Shown here piece by piece: positions 25,262 to 40,599 of a stretch of 64,000 nt of DNA. The translations under genes were made by a program, and so were the position numbers. Every line of letters starts with the position of its first letter. Positions within the stretch are counted from its first letter, which is position 1. The DNA is from Podarcis liolepis (lineage: Eukaryota), in assembly GCA_965112155.1 (NCBI GenBank), contig OZ218099.1. The stretch is one strand, 5' to 3'. The notes beneath the pieces are model-generated. The model saw only the letters and a program-made list of their open reading frames with translations. It ran no database searches and was not told where the DNA came from.

Positions 25262-26653
25262 CTGGAAAATAAATTTTGTATCTAAGTTTGTATGAGGTAG
25301 CCAATTTATGAAGCTTTTTACATATTTGTTCCAAATTGCTTGTTACCACATTATCATTAACTATTTCACATTTTACCACTGGAATTAACTTTTATGAATA
25401 AAGCTATAGCTTTAAACATGCTTTGCTCAAAATATACTGTCTCACAAACAGCCAGTATTAATATATTTTAGTTTTCAAAACACAGGTGATTTCAGCAGAA
25501 ACTTTTTTTTGGGGGGGGGAGAATTCAGATTATTCACATTTTCAGAAATTGCTTTATTTTCACTTGCAACCATATACATTAGATTAGACTAGAAAGGAAC
25601 CAAAACCTGGCATTTGGGTAAGTTTAAACGAGCAGCTTTTGTAGCCACAGTGTTATTTGATCAGAGAACTACATTTATAGTTCAAGTCCATAGAAGCAGA
25701 AAGCGCACTCAATCTCCTAATTAAAACTCACCTTCTCCATGAAAACTGTTCCTTAACCCCTTAGTTCTCCCTCCCAATTTAGACAGTAGAGGCAAGTGCA
25801 TTCGCTCACAGTGTTACTCTTGCTCTCCTCCCCTCTCATTATATTCCATAGTGGACCACTTCATATGTCATGGGCAAACCAAACTACATCTTGCTGTAAA
25901 CAAGCAAATATGCTGGTGTGTGCTGCTCAACTCTACTCACCCGTCCTGCAGGAAACAGCCCCCGGCACTAGTTTAGTGTATGAACCAGCACTTATGCTTT
26001 ATTTATCCCTCTTGCGGTTTGTTTAGAGAGAGGCAAAACACACAGCACTAAAAAAGCGCTGTGCTTTGTTTCCTTCTGACTTGGGGAAGGGAGGAGCAGG
26101 ACAGGCATGCTTTGAACACTAGCGTGTTTGCTCATTCACAGTACAGGCACAGTTAGGTTTACCATGATGTGTGAACCAGGCCAAGAAAGGAGATGCTTTT
26201 AGTCTTGACCTCCAAGCATTTGGATTCCTGATCTCAGAAGAATACCTCAGTGTCTACTGCCACAGGGGCAACAAAAGAACAAGCTAAAGGATGTTAACTG
26301 AGGCAGTCTTTGCCAACCCAATGCCCTCTGTATGTTTTGGACTACCATTTCCATCATCAATGGCCATGCTGGCTAATGGGATTTTGTCAAAAAAAAAACA
26401 CATTTGGAGGGGACTAGGTTGGGGAAGACAATGCCCTAAGGGTCTAGACTGCTTTTAAAAACATCGTTGATTTTCTGCCAAGATTGGAAAGGTAAGAACA
26501 CTTAGATATATTGCAACACTTGCTTTGTGTGCTGTTTTGAGGTCAAAGTATTATGAAACCTTTTGAGCACTACTGCTGTATAATTTCTTATAGTCTTGTC
26601 AGCTGTACTCCCATGAGGTATTTCCAAATATTTTGTACATACAAAAGAGATCA

Positions 26654-26803
<150 letters not shown>

Positions 26804-27419
26804 TCAAAGTGTAGGAGAACAAAAAAGCTACCAGTTTTTAAACTTTTAACCAATAGTCTTGAAACCAAATCGCTTAAAAGTTCGGAGCTACCTGAAATGT
26901 GTGTGAACACACACTAGTTTAATAAGTGGCAACATTCAAAATAAAAGAAAGACGTAGATACCAAAATTTTAATGGCGGCCTTAATGATATGGAAGTTGTA
27001 TAATGGATTTGAGCCCTAAAGTTGTCTGAAATTAACAGATTCAAGGGCAAAAATAAAATCTCACAAATAACTGATCCAGGACTGTGGCTTAACACAGCGT
27101 TCTATACCAGCCATCAGTAGTGTGAAGTCAATTAAGTTACCTTCACTCCCTCAACTTGTTAAAGAATCATTTGGTACTTAAAAACAGTAGACCCCTGGCC
27201 CTATAAAAAGCGCATTAAGTCTTATACCGCCCTTTGTCCATAAATTTCAGGGCGGTTCACAGGATAAAATGAGATTATCCAAACTGAAATTTATATTCGA
27301 GCAGATAAAACTTTCCAACATTTTAGCTAAACCTAAAAAGATAACACTCTACAAGTATAATATAAAAATAGCTACATCTATGAACTGAAGAAAATTCTAG
27401 CTTTATTTCCTTCAAAGTT

Positions 27420-27481
27420 CAGAATAAGCAAAACAATTGATTTCACTTAGAATAAGCAAAACAATAATTGATTTCACTTAG
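27420..27481. repeat. Local tandem duplication (about 30 nt x2)
   Basis: AGAATAAGCAAAACAA(TAA)TTGATTTCACTTAG repeated directly. Confidence 0.85.
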
Positions 27482-27718
27482 GACAATGCAGCCACTTTAA
27501 ATTCTTTGCATTCCCGCTGACTTCAATAGAACAGTTAAGCTTATATTGAATTCTCTCCATTTGAATCTATGCAACACCAACTTTGGTTGGTGTGCCCTTT
27601 GTGATTTTGTACTGTTTGAATCACTGAACATTATAAATGTGAAGCAAACAAAATACAGGGAACACTATGGGAAGGAACTGCTTGAATGGTTTCATAAAAC
27701 GTAGTATTTCAATTCTTA

Positions 27719-27835
<117 letters not shown>

Positions 27836-29633
27836 TTAAAAAAGTAGTAGTTTTAATTCTGAAACATTTTCATTCTTCAGTCATGGAGTACGAATTACAG
27901 TGCTGTTATCAAACACTGGATGACTACAATTACACAATACTATCATAACTGAAAATTGCCATTATGGAGTTTTACACTTGTAATGCTGCTAATTCTGTAA
28001 TCAAAAACTGAAGCAAAGGGATATCAGCTCCGCCCATGGAATGATGCAGGACAGCAACAATCGGGGGGAAAGAAAGACATAACATCTTACAAGAACAGGA
28101 AGAAACATCATGGACTGAATAATTGCCACACACAGGAAAGAACAATGATATAGTTTTAGTTCCTCACATGAAGCTTTAGTAATCATTTAATGTGTCAACA
28201 CGAATAGAAGTCATTAATATTGCAGTTGTTGTGTAAGGGATGACTATTATGACCGGAATATAACTGAAACTAATAAGATTTTAGAACACAGAAATAAATA
28301 AAATTAGGAAGTCAACAAATCTAGAACACAGGGGGCCACCTTAATTAAATAAGGTAATTTAGTATTTGAATTGTTGGTTATGATAATTGTATTATAAATT
28401 GGCATTGTTATAATGAGGCTATTATTGGAATGTAATTGAAAACTAATAAACATTTATTATAAAAAAAATGAACAAAGGGAATCAAGTCTCCAACACTTCT
28501 TCACTGAAGATTCAACCCACATTTTCCTTGTTTGCCTAAGGCTGCTGTCTTAAAACCTAACACCTGGAAGTAAACCCCATTGACATCCACAGGACTTCAG
28601 AGCAGATGTAAATAGGATTGCACTGTAGACATGAATGGCATTGCCTAAAACAATTAGTCAGTTTTTTAGTGTCACAGCTGCACAGGCACTAGCCATGGTT
28701 AGTTACTGCTAACAAGTGTTCCCATCGGCTGAAACACTGAATAAGTGGGAACCATGGTAAGCCAACAAGGAAGAATGTTAGGGGCTGGGATTGGGAGTGA
28801 ATCTGCTCCTACTAGTTTAATCTTGATAAAGAAATCAGCAGCACTGTATCTGCACTGTAAACACTCACCCGGTAGACATATGCAACGTTCAGGAGGAAAG
28901 TGAGCAGAATGACAAAGGCTGAATTCTCCCACTCTATATCTAGCAAAGAAATCAAGCAGACTACCAAAAGGGGAGTTCCCTTCCTATGCACTCAGCACAG
29001 AAATGCAGCAGGCTGCTGGGGAGGGGGGAGGGGAGTCAGAGCTCTCCATCCATCCTCTGCTAGTAGGCCACTAAATATTCTGCAGACTAATAATTTTTGT
29101 GGGCTTATTTACAAGGCCGGTGAAAGCAGTACCTTTAAGCAAGGACAGACAGTCATATGATAGGCTTATCGAAACGTCTGACAGAATCCAATCTAGGCCT
29201 GCTGCAATTAACCTGAGCTGATGTAACTTGTATTGCTGACATTTAACAATCTGCATATTGATTTTACGATTTTAATACAACTTTGAAAGCCTTTGGGATA
29301 TACTTATAAATCACTTTAAAGTCAGAAAAAGAAAACCAAGATGCTTTTTCTGGCTAACACTGCTTTAGTATCCAAAATAATTCATCAGCAGAGGGCCTAT
29401 TCATAAGCGACAGGATCACATATTCATTGAAGTGATACAAATCTCATTGCTCTTCCCAAAATTATGCATGTGTATATTGGGTCAACATGCTGAACAAAAC
29501 ATCACTGTATCCATCCTGAAGCATCTACATTTAAACATTATTAGCCTACTGGGGCACTGGAATGTTTATGCACTAGTGGGGGGGGGGGGAACAGCCAATC
29601 TTTCACCTTGCACAAAACAAGAAACAGACTCAC

Positions 29634-29840
29634 CACTGTGCGTTGCTTGTTAGGCAAGAAAACACGAATGGTATTGCTTGTCTTGGAAGAATCTGAAAGT
29701 TTCCCATCATCAGATGCTCTACGCTGATAGCTGTACTGCTGGACAATAGTAGGTGAAATACAGTTGGATCCATTGAAGACAGAATCCTTTAATCCAATTC
29801 CATCAGTTAGAGCCTTCCAAGCCCCATGAATGTGGTCCAT
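29634..29840 (-). CDS. RAF1: RAF1 exon 2 coding part ([24 protein letters not shown]...QRRASDDGK...[14 protein letters not shown]); exon probably starts at 29863
   Basis: ATG at 29840-29838, 207 nt, RRAS (S43 equivalent), donor gtgag; acceptor ttttaaaag at 29864. Confidence 0.96.
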
Positions 29841-30418
29841 TGAAGCAGTCAAAGCAGTAAAACCTTTTAAAAGAAGCACAAACACATTCTGAAAACAAGT
29901 CTTCTTAAGTGCAAAACTCAAAACAGTTAGATTGTTCAACTATAAATGAAACATTTGTGGTACTCGGGTATAGGCCAATGAATTATAATTTGTACAATCA
30001 AGGGCAAGAAAACCTTGTCAACAGCTATGCTGATTTTTCTTTTGTGATTGTTCATATGTACAGATATACACCTAAATTTCTGCAACCGCATGCTGTGTCC
30101 ATCAGTAAGGAAAACTGTGCAATGCATGTGTGACACAGTACAGATTCTTAGACTCTGCACATTAGAAGCCTTCACTCACTGAACAGCTAAAGGGATGCCA
30201 ATCCCAAGACAATGTAACTTTCTCTAACCCTCCATAGAATCAAACTGTATGTTGATATACAGATATGTATATGAGAGTTAAATATCAATTTAATATGTTT
30301 TATTTTAATTAATGTAAACTACTTTTTCTCCCAGAAGTCTGCATTTAGCAGTACCAAGAGACACTGATTCACGACTACATTGTTAGCGAATTTACATATT
30401 TGTTTAGCATCTCAATTA

Positions 30419-30607
30419 CAGTGGACCCTCTGGATACGGATTTAATTTGTTCCAGGGGTCCACGTGCACCCTGAAAAATCCATAACCAGAGGCGCCGCTT
30501 CTGCTCACACACAAGCGGCAAAACCCAGAAAAATACTTCCGGGTTTGCCGCTTTTACAACCCAAAGATTACGTATCCAGAGAGGTACGTAACCCCGAGGG
30601 TCCACTG
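30419..30607. mobile_element. Tc1/mariner(pogo)-type MITE
   Basis: TIRs CAGTGGACCCTC / GAGGGTCCACTG, TA on both sides. Confidence 0.85.
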
Positions 30608-33600
30608 TATAGCTCTATTCAAGTGCTACTTGCATAAAGGGGTGGTCATGCAATCAAGGTGTAGCAGGGCCACACTACTGGCCAACCCTAGAGGTCACAG
30701 GGCTTCACTCAGCCCCACCTGTTATCCTCACATTAGGTGTGGATGTCTGCAGGTGGAAATCCTACATATGTAGATGTACACACCTAATGAATAGACAACA
30801 GGGGAAGCTAACCAACTTCAGAAGAGGGAACTGTGCTTTCACTTTAGTGTGTGAGCACACCTTCATATCAATAGCATACGAAAGGGGTTCATACGTAGAG
30901 TGTCTATGTACAATTTGATTGCAAATTTAGTAGGCCATCAAATATGTTTAGATTGTGGACCTACACGCTTACAAGTTTAATAAGCCCACTGAACATAATG
31001 GGAATTACTTCGGTGCAAACATGCATAGGATTGAGCTGCCAGTTGACTAATTACTGTATTTAAGTAAGCCTGCATATAAAAATTTCAGGATACTTATCCT
31101 TTTTCTGATACTGGTCTAATACAATTTACAACTTAACAGAAGTTTCCATTTACTGTCAGAAAATTATTGTATATTTTCTTTTCCAGTCCCTAATACAGTA
31201 ACATAGTAGAATCAAACCAGGCTAAAAGGAAAAAGAGCCTTTATCCCTCAACTGCACCAATCAAAAATGGGTCCTGATGTTTAATTGGTTAAAGCTGAAG
31301 TTGATTAATCAACTGATTAAAAATATTTAAGCTAGCAGTAACATTTAGATTTCCTTCCCACTATTTAAAGGGTGGGAAATAAATCATTTAATTGTATTAC
31401 CGCAACCTATAGGTTAAAATTGAGGCACAATTATTTCCCAAGGTCACGCAATCAATTACATGGTTGATCTGGGATTTGTCAAACATTTTGTATCAGATTC
31501 CAACTGACTTATATTGGAAAATTTGGAGGAAATTTTCCATTCCAAAATGCACATACCTGTCCAGAATTACATAAACAAAACCATGAGGGATCCCTATCAT
31601 GAGCAGAGAAAATGCAGCAGAAGAGTGCAGGCAAAGGGATACAGTTGGAAGGAAAAGAGGTAGTGATCTGTAGGAAATCTGAAGTGTATTTCAGAGTTGT
31701 TGGTAAAGTTAGTATTTAGAACTCATATTGCACATTTCAAGGATTCCAAGTGCATCAGATACAATAAGCCATTAACTACCTGCATAAGAAACGTACAAAA
31801 AAGAGACATCTCAAGGTGCTAATAAACAGTTATTAGTTGGTTCAGGCTAGGATAAATCTTAATTAGCTTCTTGAGAAGTGGTGTCTCTCTTTCATTTGGT
31901 AGATGCTTCCTTGTATTGTTTACTTCCATAGAGCGACCAAGTTCCTGTGACATCAGAGCCAGCTAAGTGCAGTTCAAAAACTCCCTACAAACCAGAACTG
32001 AATCCAGGCACACAAGAAGAGGGCAAATTGGAGGGGAGGACATGCCTGGGCTCAAACATCTTTCATGCACTAAGAAACCAGTTGGCTGAAGCAGTCTATG
32101 GAGACAGTTTTCTTGTCCAATCAGATTTTAAAGCTACTAAACAGGCACTTAAATAGAAAAGATTCAAGACGAAAGCAGCTATGCAAAATTTCCCATTGCC
32201 ATGTTGCCACTAATGTTCCTTGCAATTCAATTCTCAGAAGTGTTTGCAGATCAAGGAACTTGTAAATTTAGGGTTCAGGGTTCAGGAATTTGTGGCCCTC
32301 CAGATGCTGATGAACTATATCTCCCATCATTCCTCACCACTGGGCATGCAGGCCGGGGCTGATGGAAGTTGAGTCCAACATCATCTGGAGGGCCACAGGT
32401 TTCCCACTTCTAATCTAGATCCTGCACATATCTGCAAACTGTGTTTACTGGAATAGAAAACCAACTAGGTGTGTTTGTTGCCCTTGCCAGTGTCAACATT
32501 TCTACAGGTCAAAAAAGTGAACAACAAACAGTAGTGCTTTGAACTGCAGGCTCTGACCACTTTCCTTATCAGGGTCAGAAACACAGGTAGAATATTATCA
32601 ATGTTCAAATGTCAACTTATTACTACAACATGTGAAGGTATCAACTCTATTTGTCTCTTGCTACCTTGTTTGTGTGGTAGATTCACATTCCATCCTTCTT
32701 TTAAGGCACTCACAGTGACATACATGGCTCTCCCCTAATTTTATAGTTCTCAACAACTCTCTGAAGAAAGGTAGGCTTAGATTCAATGACCATCTCAAGG
32801 CCATCATCCAATGAAAGGGGATTTAAACCCAAATCTCTCTGGCCCTAGTCTTGAAACTCTAACCACTAAATCATATTGTACCATTAATCTTCCAAACATA
32901 ATTCCAGGGCTCCCTTCATATATGGGAATATTTCAATTCAATCTCAAAAGCCTAGCAGGCAGAGGGAGGAACTTGCTGAAGGCCAACCATTTAGCTTCAT
33001 GGCTGTGCTGGCTCATTCAAATGTAAGAATATCCAGCTCAAATCCTGATTGATATAAAACCACTGGCCTAGGATTCAGAGTTGCCCTTCCTTCATGAAAG
33101 GGCCTTTGATGCGGCAGACGTTCCCGCGGACAGAAAGAGGAGGTGGCAATTTTCACGAATACCCTTCCCACATACAACCCTCCCACACTAATCCAGAGGG
33201 TTCCCCAACCAGCCAGAACAAATTGGGGGTGGGGGATCCATGCAAGACAAATAAGCAAAAAAATGCCTCACTTTTCTTACATGATCTCTGAATTGAATCC
33301 ACTGTGTGGCTTTTGGAGAAATAACTCATAGTCTAACTATCCTCAATGGGCTGTTGGGAGGTTAAAACGGTATTCTGAGTCCCTAAACGGGAGCATATGA
33401 CACAAATGTAACAAAACACAGCTGAACAGAGATTTCACCTCCCTACTTGAAACACAACATACTCTGGATTAATTTAGCGATTACTCATCCATAACACCAG
33501 TTTAAAATGGAGTCTGATATGCTATTTTTTAATACAACAGAATAATCAAGCAAACAGTTGGAATAACTTAAAGTAATGACAAGACAAAGAGTTAGCTGTA

Positions 33601-36314
33601 GTACTTTGTGAATCCTAAAATATTATTTTTGTTGTAACTGTGATGTTTAGCTTATTTTTTAGTAGTTTTGTTAACAAGTGTTTCATAGATGCTAATTGTT
33701 TTGATGATTTGTAATTGTTTTACTAGTTTGTTATTTATTCTGTATGATTTCTGTTACATTTATGATGTTCTATTATGTTACTGTTATTTATTGATTGTAA
33801 GTCACTTTGGAATTAATCTGAATGAAAAGTGGCAGAGAAATATAATCAAGTATAAGTCTCAGACATAGTGACAGGAAAGCATTGACTGCTGGGCCAAATT
33901 CAATCTATTACAGACCGCAATCCACTGATAGTTTTCTTCATTTGCCCACCTAAATTCTACTCAAGAGTAAACCCATTGAAATTTTGTCAACTAAATGAAC
34001 ATGCACCAGAGACACTGTATTTTCAAGTGGTGGTCCCTGATCTATGAAACTCCCACACAAGGGATATGAGTTGGCACCATCAGTTCTAGCCTTCAAAATG
34101 CTCTTCCGTTCTTCTCTCTTAAATGGCCTTCAACCAAGATTATTTTATATAGTTGGTGCTGGCTTTTAAATTATTGGGGTTTTTTATTTATGGGTTTTGA
34201 TTTTACATTGTGTAACCAGTTTCATACGGTGTCATACTGGAATTGTAATTTTCTTGTGTTTTATGTTCCGTAAGCCACCTTCAGTGGACTCTGTCCTGAA
34301 ATGCAGCCGAAATATATCCAAAATAAATAAAGCAGACAGCAAGAACAGAAGGTCAAAAGAAGAGGGGCAGCTACTTTCTCACTCATGTAATCTTGACTCT
34401 TTTCCCCACAGTACCGCAAACAGAGGAAGGAAGTAGATTAGCACAGCGAGATATTGCTAGACAATTGGTATCTATAATTCCTTCCCCAATGCCAATTCTC
34501 AACCCTCCATGTCAGAAACTGTACCAAGGAAAGAAAAGTAAGATTAATCCATGCCAAGGGAGAAGCAGCAGCTGCAGCAGCTACTGTGTGAGGAGGATGC
34601 TTGAGAACAAACTCACACTGAGAGTATGACACTTGGTTCTCCATCAACCCTACCCCTTTACCCTGAGAAGCCAACCTACCAAACTAGTTGTAGAGCAGGA
34701 CTCCAATGTATTAAGAATCCAGAGTCTACTCCTTTCACTTAAGAGTTTTCACCTCAGGCAGGCTCCTGTCAGTATGCACTTGGGAGACTGGTAGTTCTTT
34801 TCAACTCTGCATTTAAAAAAGTTAGATAAGGTCAATGTTGAGTCTTGCAAATACACATGAGTTAACTGAGCACAATGAACGGAGCCCAGGCAACAGTCCC
34901 CATAAGAAGTCATGCAAGTTCTGGAAAAAAGTCATTGTAGCCAGTATGGAGGCAGTTCTTTGATCATTGCAATCTATAAAACTATGGCCATCTACAAGCA
35001 TCAAGGCTACAAGCATCAAATCTGCAATTTTCCTAAGACAAAAGCATGTCTTAAAATGTTCAATCCTGGCACACAGTCTTGTTTAAAACTTCCTGTAGAC
35101 TACTAGTTTGGTTGCATTATGCAAAAGAAACTATTTCTCTTTTACAGTTCTTTGTGTACACCAGAAGTTCCTTGCCACCTTTTCCTTTGCTACATTATTT
35201 CTGGTTGTTCTTTTTTGTATGATGGAATGCCATAATGCCATATATAGGAGATATTCCCTTTAAACTGCTACTGATATTACTAGCACTTCCAAGCAACCAT
35301 GGGCAGGACTGGGATAAAAATTTAGCTATAAGTGTAAGAATTGTTCCATGAGGGCATCTACTGAGCAGAGTAAGAAACATTTTATTGAGGAAGAATTATC
35401 CAGATCATTAATTACTACATCACAAATAAATTCACTCAGTAGGTAAATATAAAATAAACTAAATTCTGTAATATTTTTATAGGCAGAAATTCAAACTTGG
35501 CCAATTTAAACTAAAAAAAATTTGAAAAATTATTTTTGTCATGTGTATTTTATGTTTTCCGTTCGAAGCTTTAAAAATGTTTAAAAGAAAGAAGCAAAAA
35601 TGACCCAAGAGAACCTGACATGCATTAACAAAAAGACACATTTGATTAGGCAAGGGAGAAAACAAAGCATCCTGTCTTCCTCAGGTATATAAATATGCGA
35701 TAACCACACATTCAAATATGAAATATTTTCAGCCCTCCTTTTTTCTCATGTGCCAAAAGAAAACTCACAGCACTTGCTCAACTCCATAATATGCCAATTA
35801 AACACTCCAAATTAAGACAAATGGTTGAGGAGTGCCCCATGGCCTGGATGGCAGGAACAAGGATCACTGCGCTAAACCCAAAATTTTAAACCTAAACAAA
35901 CTTGTAAACAGAGCCGAATAATGAACTAACATTTTGTTAAGCCTCAAAATTATGCACTTTATACATAAAATATACACCACACACAATACACCTAACTGTA
36001 ATCCGATGGCTCTTTTAGAACAGAAAAACCTCCAGTACACATATGGGGGGAAACCAAATCAGGAAAAATATCAGGAAGGAGAGAAGTGGAACAAAGACAA
36101 AGTTAAACACTACTGCCACTTTTCTGCTCCTGATCATTCTTTGAAAAAGAAAAGGAGTTCTGTCATACTTGCATGTAGTTTGGGGAAACAGGCAGATCTT
36201 CACTGGTTTAACTAGCAATCCTACAGCTAGCAATCCTACAGTGGGGTCTACATTCTAAAATACAACAAATATATTTCCCTAAAAGCTGTACAGAACTCTT
36301 ATAGCAAACTTAGT

Positions 36315-36316
<2 letters not shown>

Positions 36317-36348
<32 letters not shown>
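36317..36348. repeat. (GA)n microsatellite
   Basis: About 16 GA units. Confidence 0.9.
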
Positions 36349-36352
<4 letters not shown>

Positions 36353-36644
36353 TACACAAACACACATATATATGTGTGAATTTTTGAAAGATGATAAACA
36401 TTGCGGCTTGCAAACAAACTATAAACAGAAGTATAAATAATGACTAGTGGGAAGAAGTATGCATTTTATCCTACACACTCACCCCTCCCTAATAAAACCA
36501 TCCCACCTTTTCTTGAGAGGTAAAGGTAGCTAACAAACAAAATCACTAAAATGAACAGATTTAAATGTAGCAGGCAGTCTAATGAAATCCTATGATGATA
36601 TTACTATTATTATTATTATTACTACTACTACTACAATTTGTATA

Positions 36645-36880
36645 CAGAGGTACCATGGGTTACAAACTTAATTCATTCTGGAAGTCCGTTCTTAAAACAA
36701 CCCAAAGCGTCCTTAACTCGAGGCACGCATTCCCTACATAGGCTTCCTGAGGCCCCGGAAGCAGATTGCATTCATATCCCGGGACAAAGTTCGCAATCTG
36801 GGACACCTACTTCCACGTTTGTGGAGTTTGTAACCCAAAGTGTTCCTAAGCAGGACTGTTCATAACCCGAGGTACCACTG
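36645..36880. mobile_element. Tc1/mariner(pogo)-type MITE nested in a LINE 3'-end remnant
   Basis: CAGAGGTACC...GGTACCACTG with TA duplication; flanks rejoin as TTTGTATACCACCCTTCATCCATAGATCTCAGGGCAGTTCACA. Confidence 0.75.
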
Positions 36881-38414
36881 TACCACCCTTCATCCATAGA
36901 TCTCAGGGCAGTTCACAATATATAATTACAACATAAAAAGTACAAAAACATAATAGGATAGGGTTTTAAAATTTGAAAGGTTTACTGTTACACAGTGGGG
37001 GAGGCACACTTACACAGAGAGAATTAAAGAAGGTGTGGAAAACAGGACATTATACAACAAGATAGTTAGCTGAGCAACAGAACTCCTCTCTCCATTCCCT
37101 ACACCTTCCCAAATTTGCTCCAGAGGGTTGGGGAAACCCCTGAACAGATTTTGGAGTAATGTAGGAGAGAGAGGGGAAGTTCTGTGCTAACAGAACTACT
37201 TCATTTGATACTGGCTGTATAGCTCAAAGATCACATATAAACTAATATTGTATATCTTCTTGTAACCCCTGCATGTCAAAGCATAACAACCCAATAATTG
37301 TACTAAATTTTTAAACTCTCCTTCTTATGAAGATGGCAGCACATGATAACAGTTGAAAATCCAACACATGCAAAAAGCCTGAGTTCCTTTTTGACCCTCA
37401 CTATATTCAACAGCTAACAAATGTTTCACAACTGAGGTAATAATTCCAGATTAAGGGCTGGAGTACACATTACGCTTTGCCACTGGGATGCTGCCAAAAC
37501 CATCATCCTGCTCATAACATACAGAAATACTTACTGTGTGGACCTCCGCGATCATGTTATGAATTTCCATGCTCCTGTTTTCAGCAGCATCACTGCCATG
37601 GCAAACGTAGTTATGTGCTCCAGCCCTAAGAACACCAAATGCAATATGTCCATCATAACTAGGCTCACACCAGATACATTAAATTCATATACTATAGATA
37701 ATATTCTGAAAATATACAAGTTGGCTATATTCTTTAGCACATAATTCTCAATTGCCCTTCTTGGTACATACAAAGCAGCCAACTTTTCTGTTATGGACTC
37801 ATGTTCAATGACAATATTTGCTAATCATCAGCACATAATGAAACACAGCTTAATTTTGATGTATATGTATGAGCTTAAGCTTCATTAAGAGTGAAACGGG
37901 GAGGTTACCTCTATATGCATTTTTTTAAAAGGTAATAATATAATATACACATTTAGTTTCTAGATTCTAGGCAGCTCCATTTAATTGAGATCTTTGATAT
38001 ATGTTAAGATGTTATATCAAGAAGCTTGAAATAAATTTGCTCAGCTCTGGGGTTGAAATGTGCCACAAGGCTTCCAAAACCAAACACAGCTAGACTTACC
38101 ATTTCCTACCTGAATCCTGATCAGACACACTTTTGGAAGATTCAAGGCCTGTATAGTGTAGTGGGGAACCAGATATTTTGGACTCCACCCCACCCCCCAT
38201 TACATATTGTATTGTCTTTTCAGTGACTACTGAAGACCCTCGTTTTTTTCTAACAAGTCCTTTTAAGAGGAGATTTGTATCCACAGACTGTATCTGCATT
38301 AGATTCGAATTGTTTTCATATATGATTTGTTGAGAACATATTTTCATAGATGAAATTGGTTTGTTTGCTTTCATCGCTGATGGGATTCCAGTCATAACGG
38401 TCAGTAATAGTCAA

Positions 38415-38640
38415 TCAGAGCCAACGTACATAGCGATTAGGGTTGAACTAGGACCTGGGAGACCAGGGCTCAAATCCCCACTCATCTATGAAGCTCAATG
38501 AGTGACCTTGAGCCAGTTACAATCACTCAGCGTAACATACCTCATATGAGGTTGCTGTGAGGATAAAATGGAGAAGGGAGGATCATGTACAACACCTTGA
38601 GCTCCTTGAAAGAATGGTGGGATTGTAAAAGTAATAATAT
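38415..38640 (+). mobile_element. Older CORE-type SINE
   Basis: GGGCTCAAATCCC B-box-like, GTGACCTTGAGCCAGT CORE motif, GTTGCTGTGAGGATAAAATG; similar decayed copies at about 9730-9890, 32690-32880 and 33270-33410. Confidence 0.6.
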
Positions 38641-39272
38641 AAAAATATTCACAGTCTAAGCGGATAAAAGTTAGCATCACTCAAGCTGAGCCAAAGACAA
38701 AACATCCACACTGCCAAAGTGATGACAGATGCCTTAGTCACCTATTTGTAGGCTTTCAAAGCAGATTTTAATAGATGCATAAATTAGCGTGTCCAGAAGA
38801 AGTCTGGAGAAATCCTTTAAAATCCTCACTGTATACACATACCAACTATTCAGAATTGAAGGCCTGTATTTTAAATGTGTTTTTTCTATAGAGAAAAGAA
38901 TTGGTCTCAGTGGACAGATTTAAATATAATTCAGAGGTGCTATACTGTAGAAGCCTTTCAGCATGTCCACATTTAACATCCAATACTACACTGAAAAACT
39001 TGTATAACTGAATGTTTTAATTTCCAAATAATGTAGTCATGTAAATATTTTAGTTAGATTACTATTTCTGCCATAAAATTATGACCATTCATGTCAACTT
39101 ACAATGAAATTCTAAACATGCTAGACTGCAAGTTCCCCTCACTTATACCGCCTTCATTATATACATGTATAGATTTTGGATTAGTTACTACTGAGCTAGC
39201 TATAATATATTTAGGGTTCAGAGGCATTTATCTTTCCAAATCATAATGAAAGGTTCCACAGGTGCTCTAACC

Positions 39273-39622
39273 CAGTGTTTTTCAACCACTGTTCCGCGGC
39301 ACACTAGTGTGCCGCGAGATGTTGCCTGGTGTGCCGTGGGGAAAATTGAAAAATTTGAAAGATTTTTTTTTTAAAAAAAAAGTCAAATTTTCGCCCACTA
39401 GGTGGGCGCTGGACTGTGTCCACCCTATTTTCCATCCATCCTGGGTGGGGATCAGATCGGATGGGATCGGATGAGAGCGGACAGGCGGTCCACTCTCATC
39501 CGATTCCTCATAGAGAGCAGCGGGGCTCTGACATCTCCCTCTCCGCACACAGTGGTGGTGTGCCTCGTGATTTTTTTCATGAAACAAGTGTGCCTTTGCC
39601 CAAAAAAGGTTGAAAAACACTG
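39273..39622. mobile_element. Non-autonomous hAT (Charlie-like) DNA transposon
   Basis: Perfect 15-bp TIRs CAGTGTTTTTCAACC; perfect 8-bp TSD CTCTAACC (39265-39272, 39623-39630). Confidence 0.92.
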
Positions 39623-40599
39623 CTCTAACCCTGTATAAATATTTTTTTCTATATCATGTTATTGTAATGGTAGCAATCGTAATATTGCTAGAAACATATT
39701 GGGTTGCATCCTGTGAACAGAACTCTGTTCAAAGGACACTTCCACTTAGGCGGAGGTGGGGAGAGGTAATTTTCACTGGTTCCTCCTTTCCGCAGGAGTG
39801 GAAGAATGAGGGACCAGAACAGCATGGGAGGTGGAATGGTGGGGAGATGGCGGGCTGCAGGAGAAATCAGATAAAATTGCCTTCCTTCTCTTCACCCTGC
39901 ATAACCCTCCTGCTGGATCTTAGTCCCAAATCTGGATCCCTCTCATGATATTTATAAGGTGTGAAAGAGCCCTTGTTAGCAATAACAATAAGGAAATGAG
40001 TGGGTCAACTTCACTGTAAATGCTACATGGAATGGCCTTTGCTGATTTGGAAAAGATCTACTTTTCATTAAAGACTAAAGAAAGTTAAATATTACTGTTT
40101 AGCACAGGGGTAGCCAAAATGGTGCCCTCTGGATGTTGTGGACTGCAACTCCCATCAGCACCAGCCAACATAACCAATGGTCAGGCATGGTGGGAGTCGT
40201 AGTCCACAACATCTGGAGAGGACCATGTTGGCTGCCCTGGATCTGGATCACTTCCACCATAACCTCTTTCTGATGCCAGGAACGGATGGAAATGAAAAGT
40301 TAAGACACCACAGGCATTACGTCACCGACACCAGTAACTGCTTACCACGGCATTCCTGGTGAGAGACCAAATAAAGTATAAATGAATCTACTCTGTACTA
40401 CCTCCAACTAATATGGTTCCAGAACTCCCCAGATTTCTCTCTTATATGTAAAACTGAGGAATAACCTAATCAGCAAAAACTCTTAAAAACAAGCACCACA
40501 AAATTCACTCTCTTCATTCTGGCAAATTTTAACACCGACTACATTGAACTTTTAGTTTATTAATCTACCAGTTCTATAGGCTATTCGTGCAAAACATAT

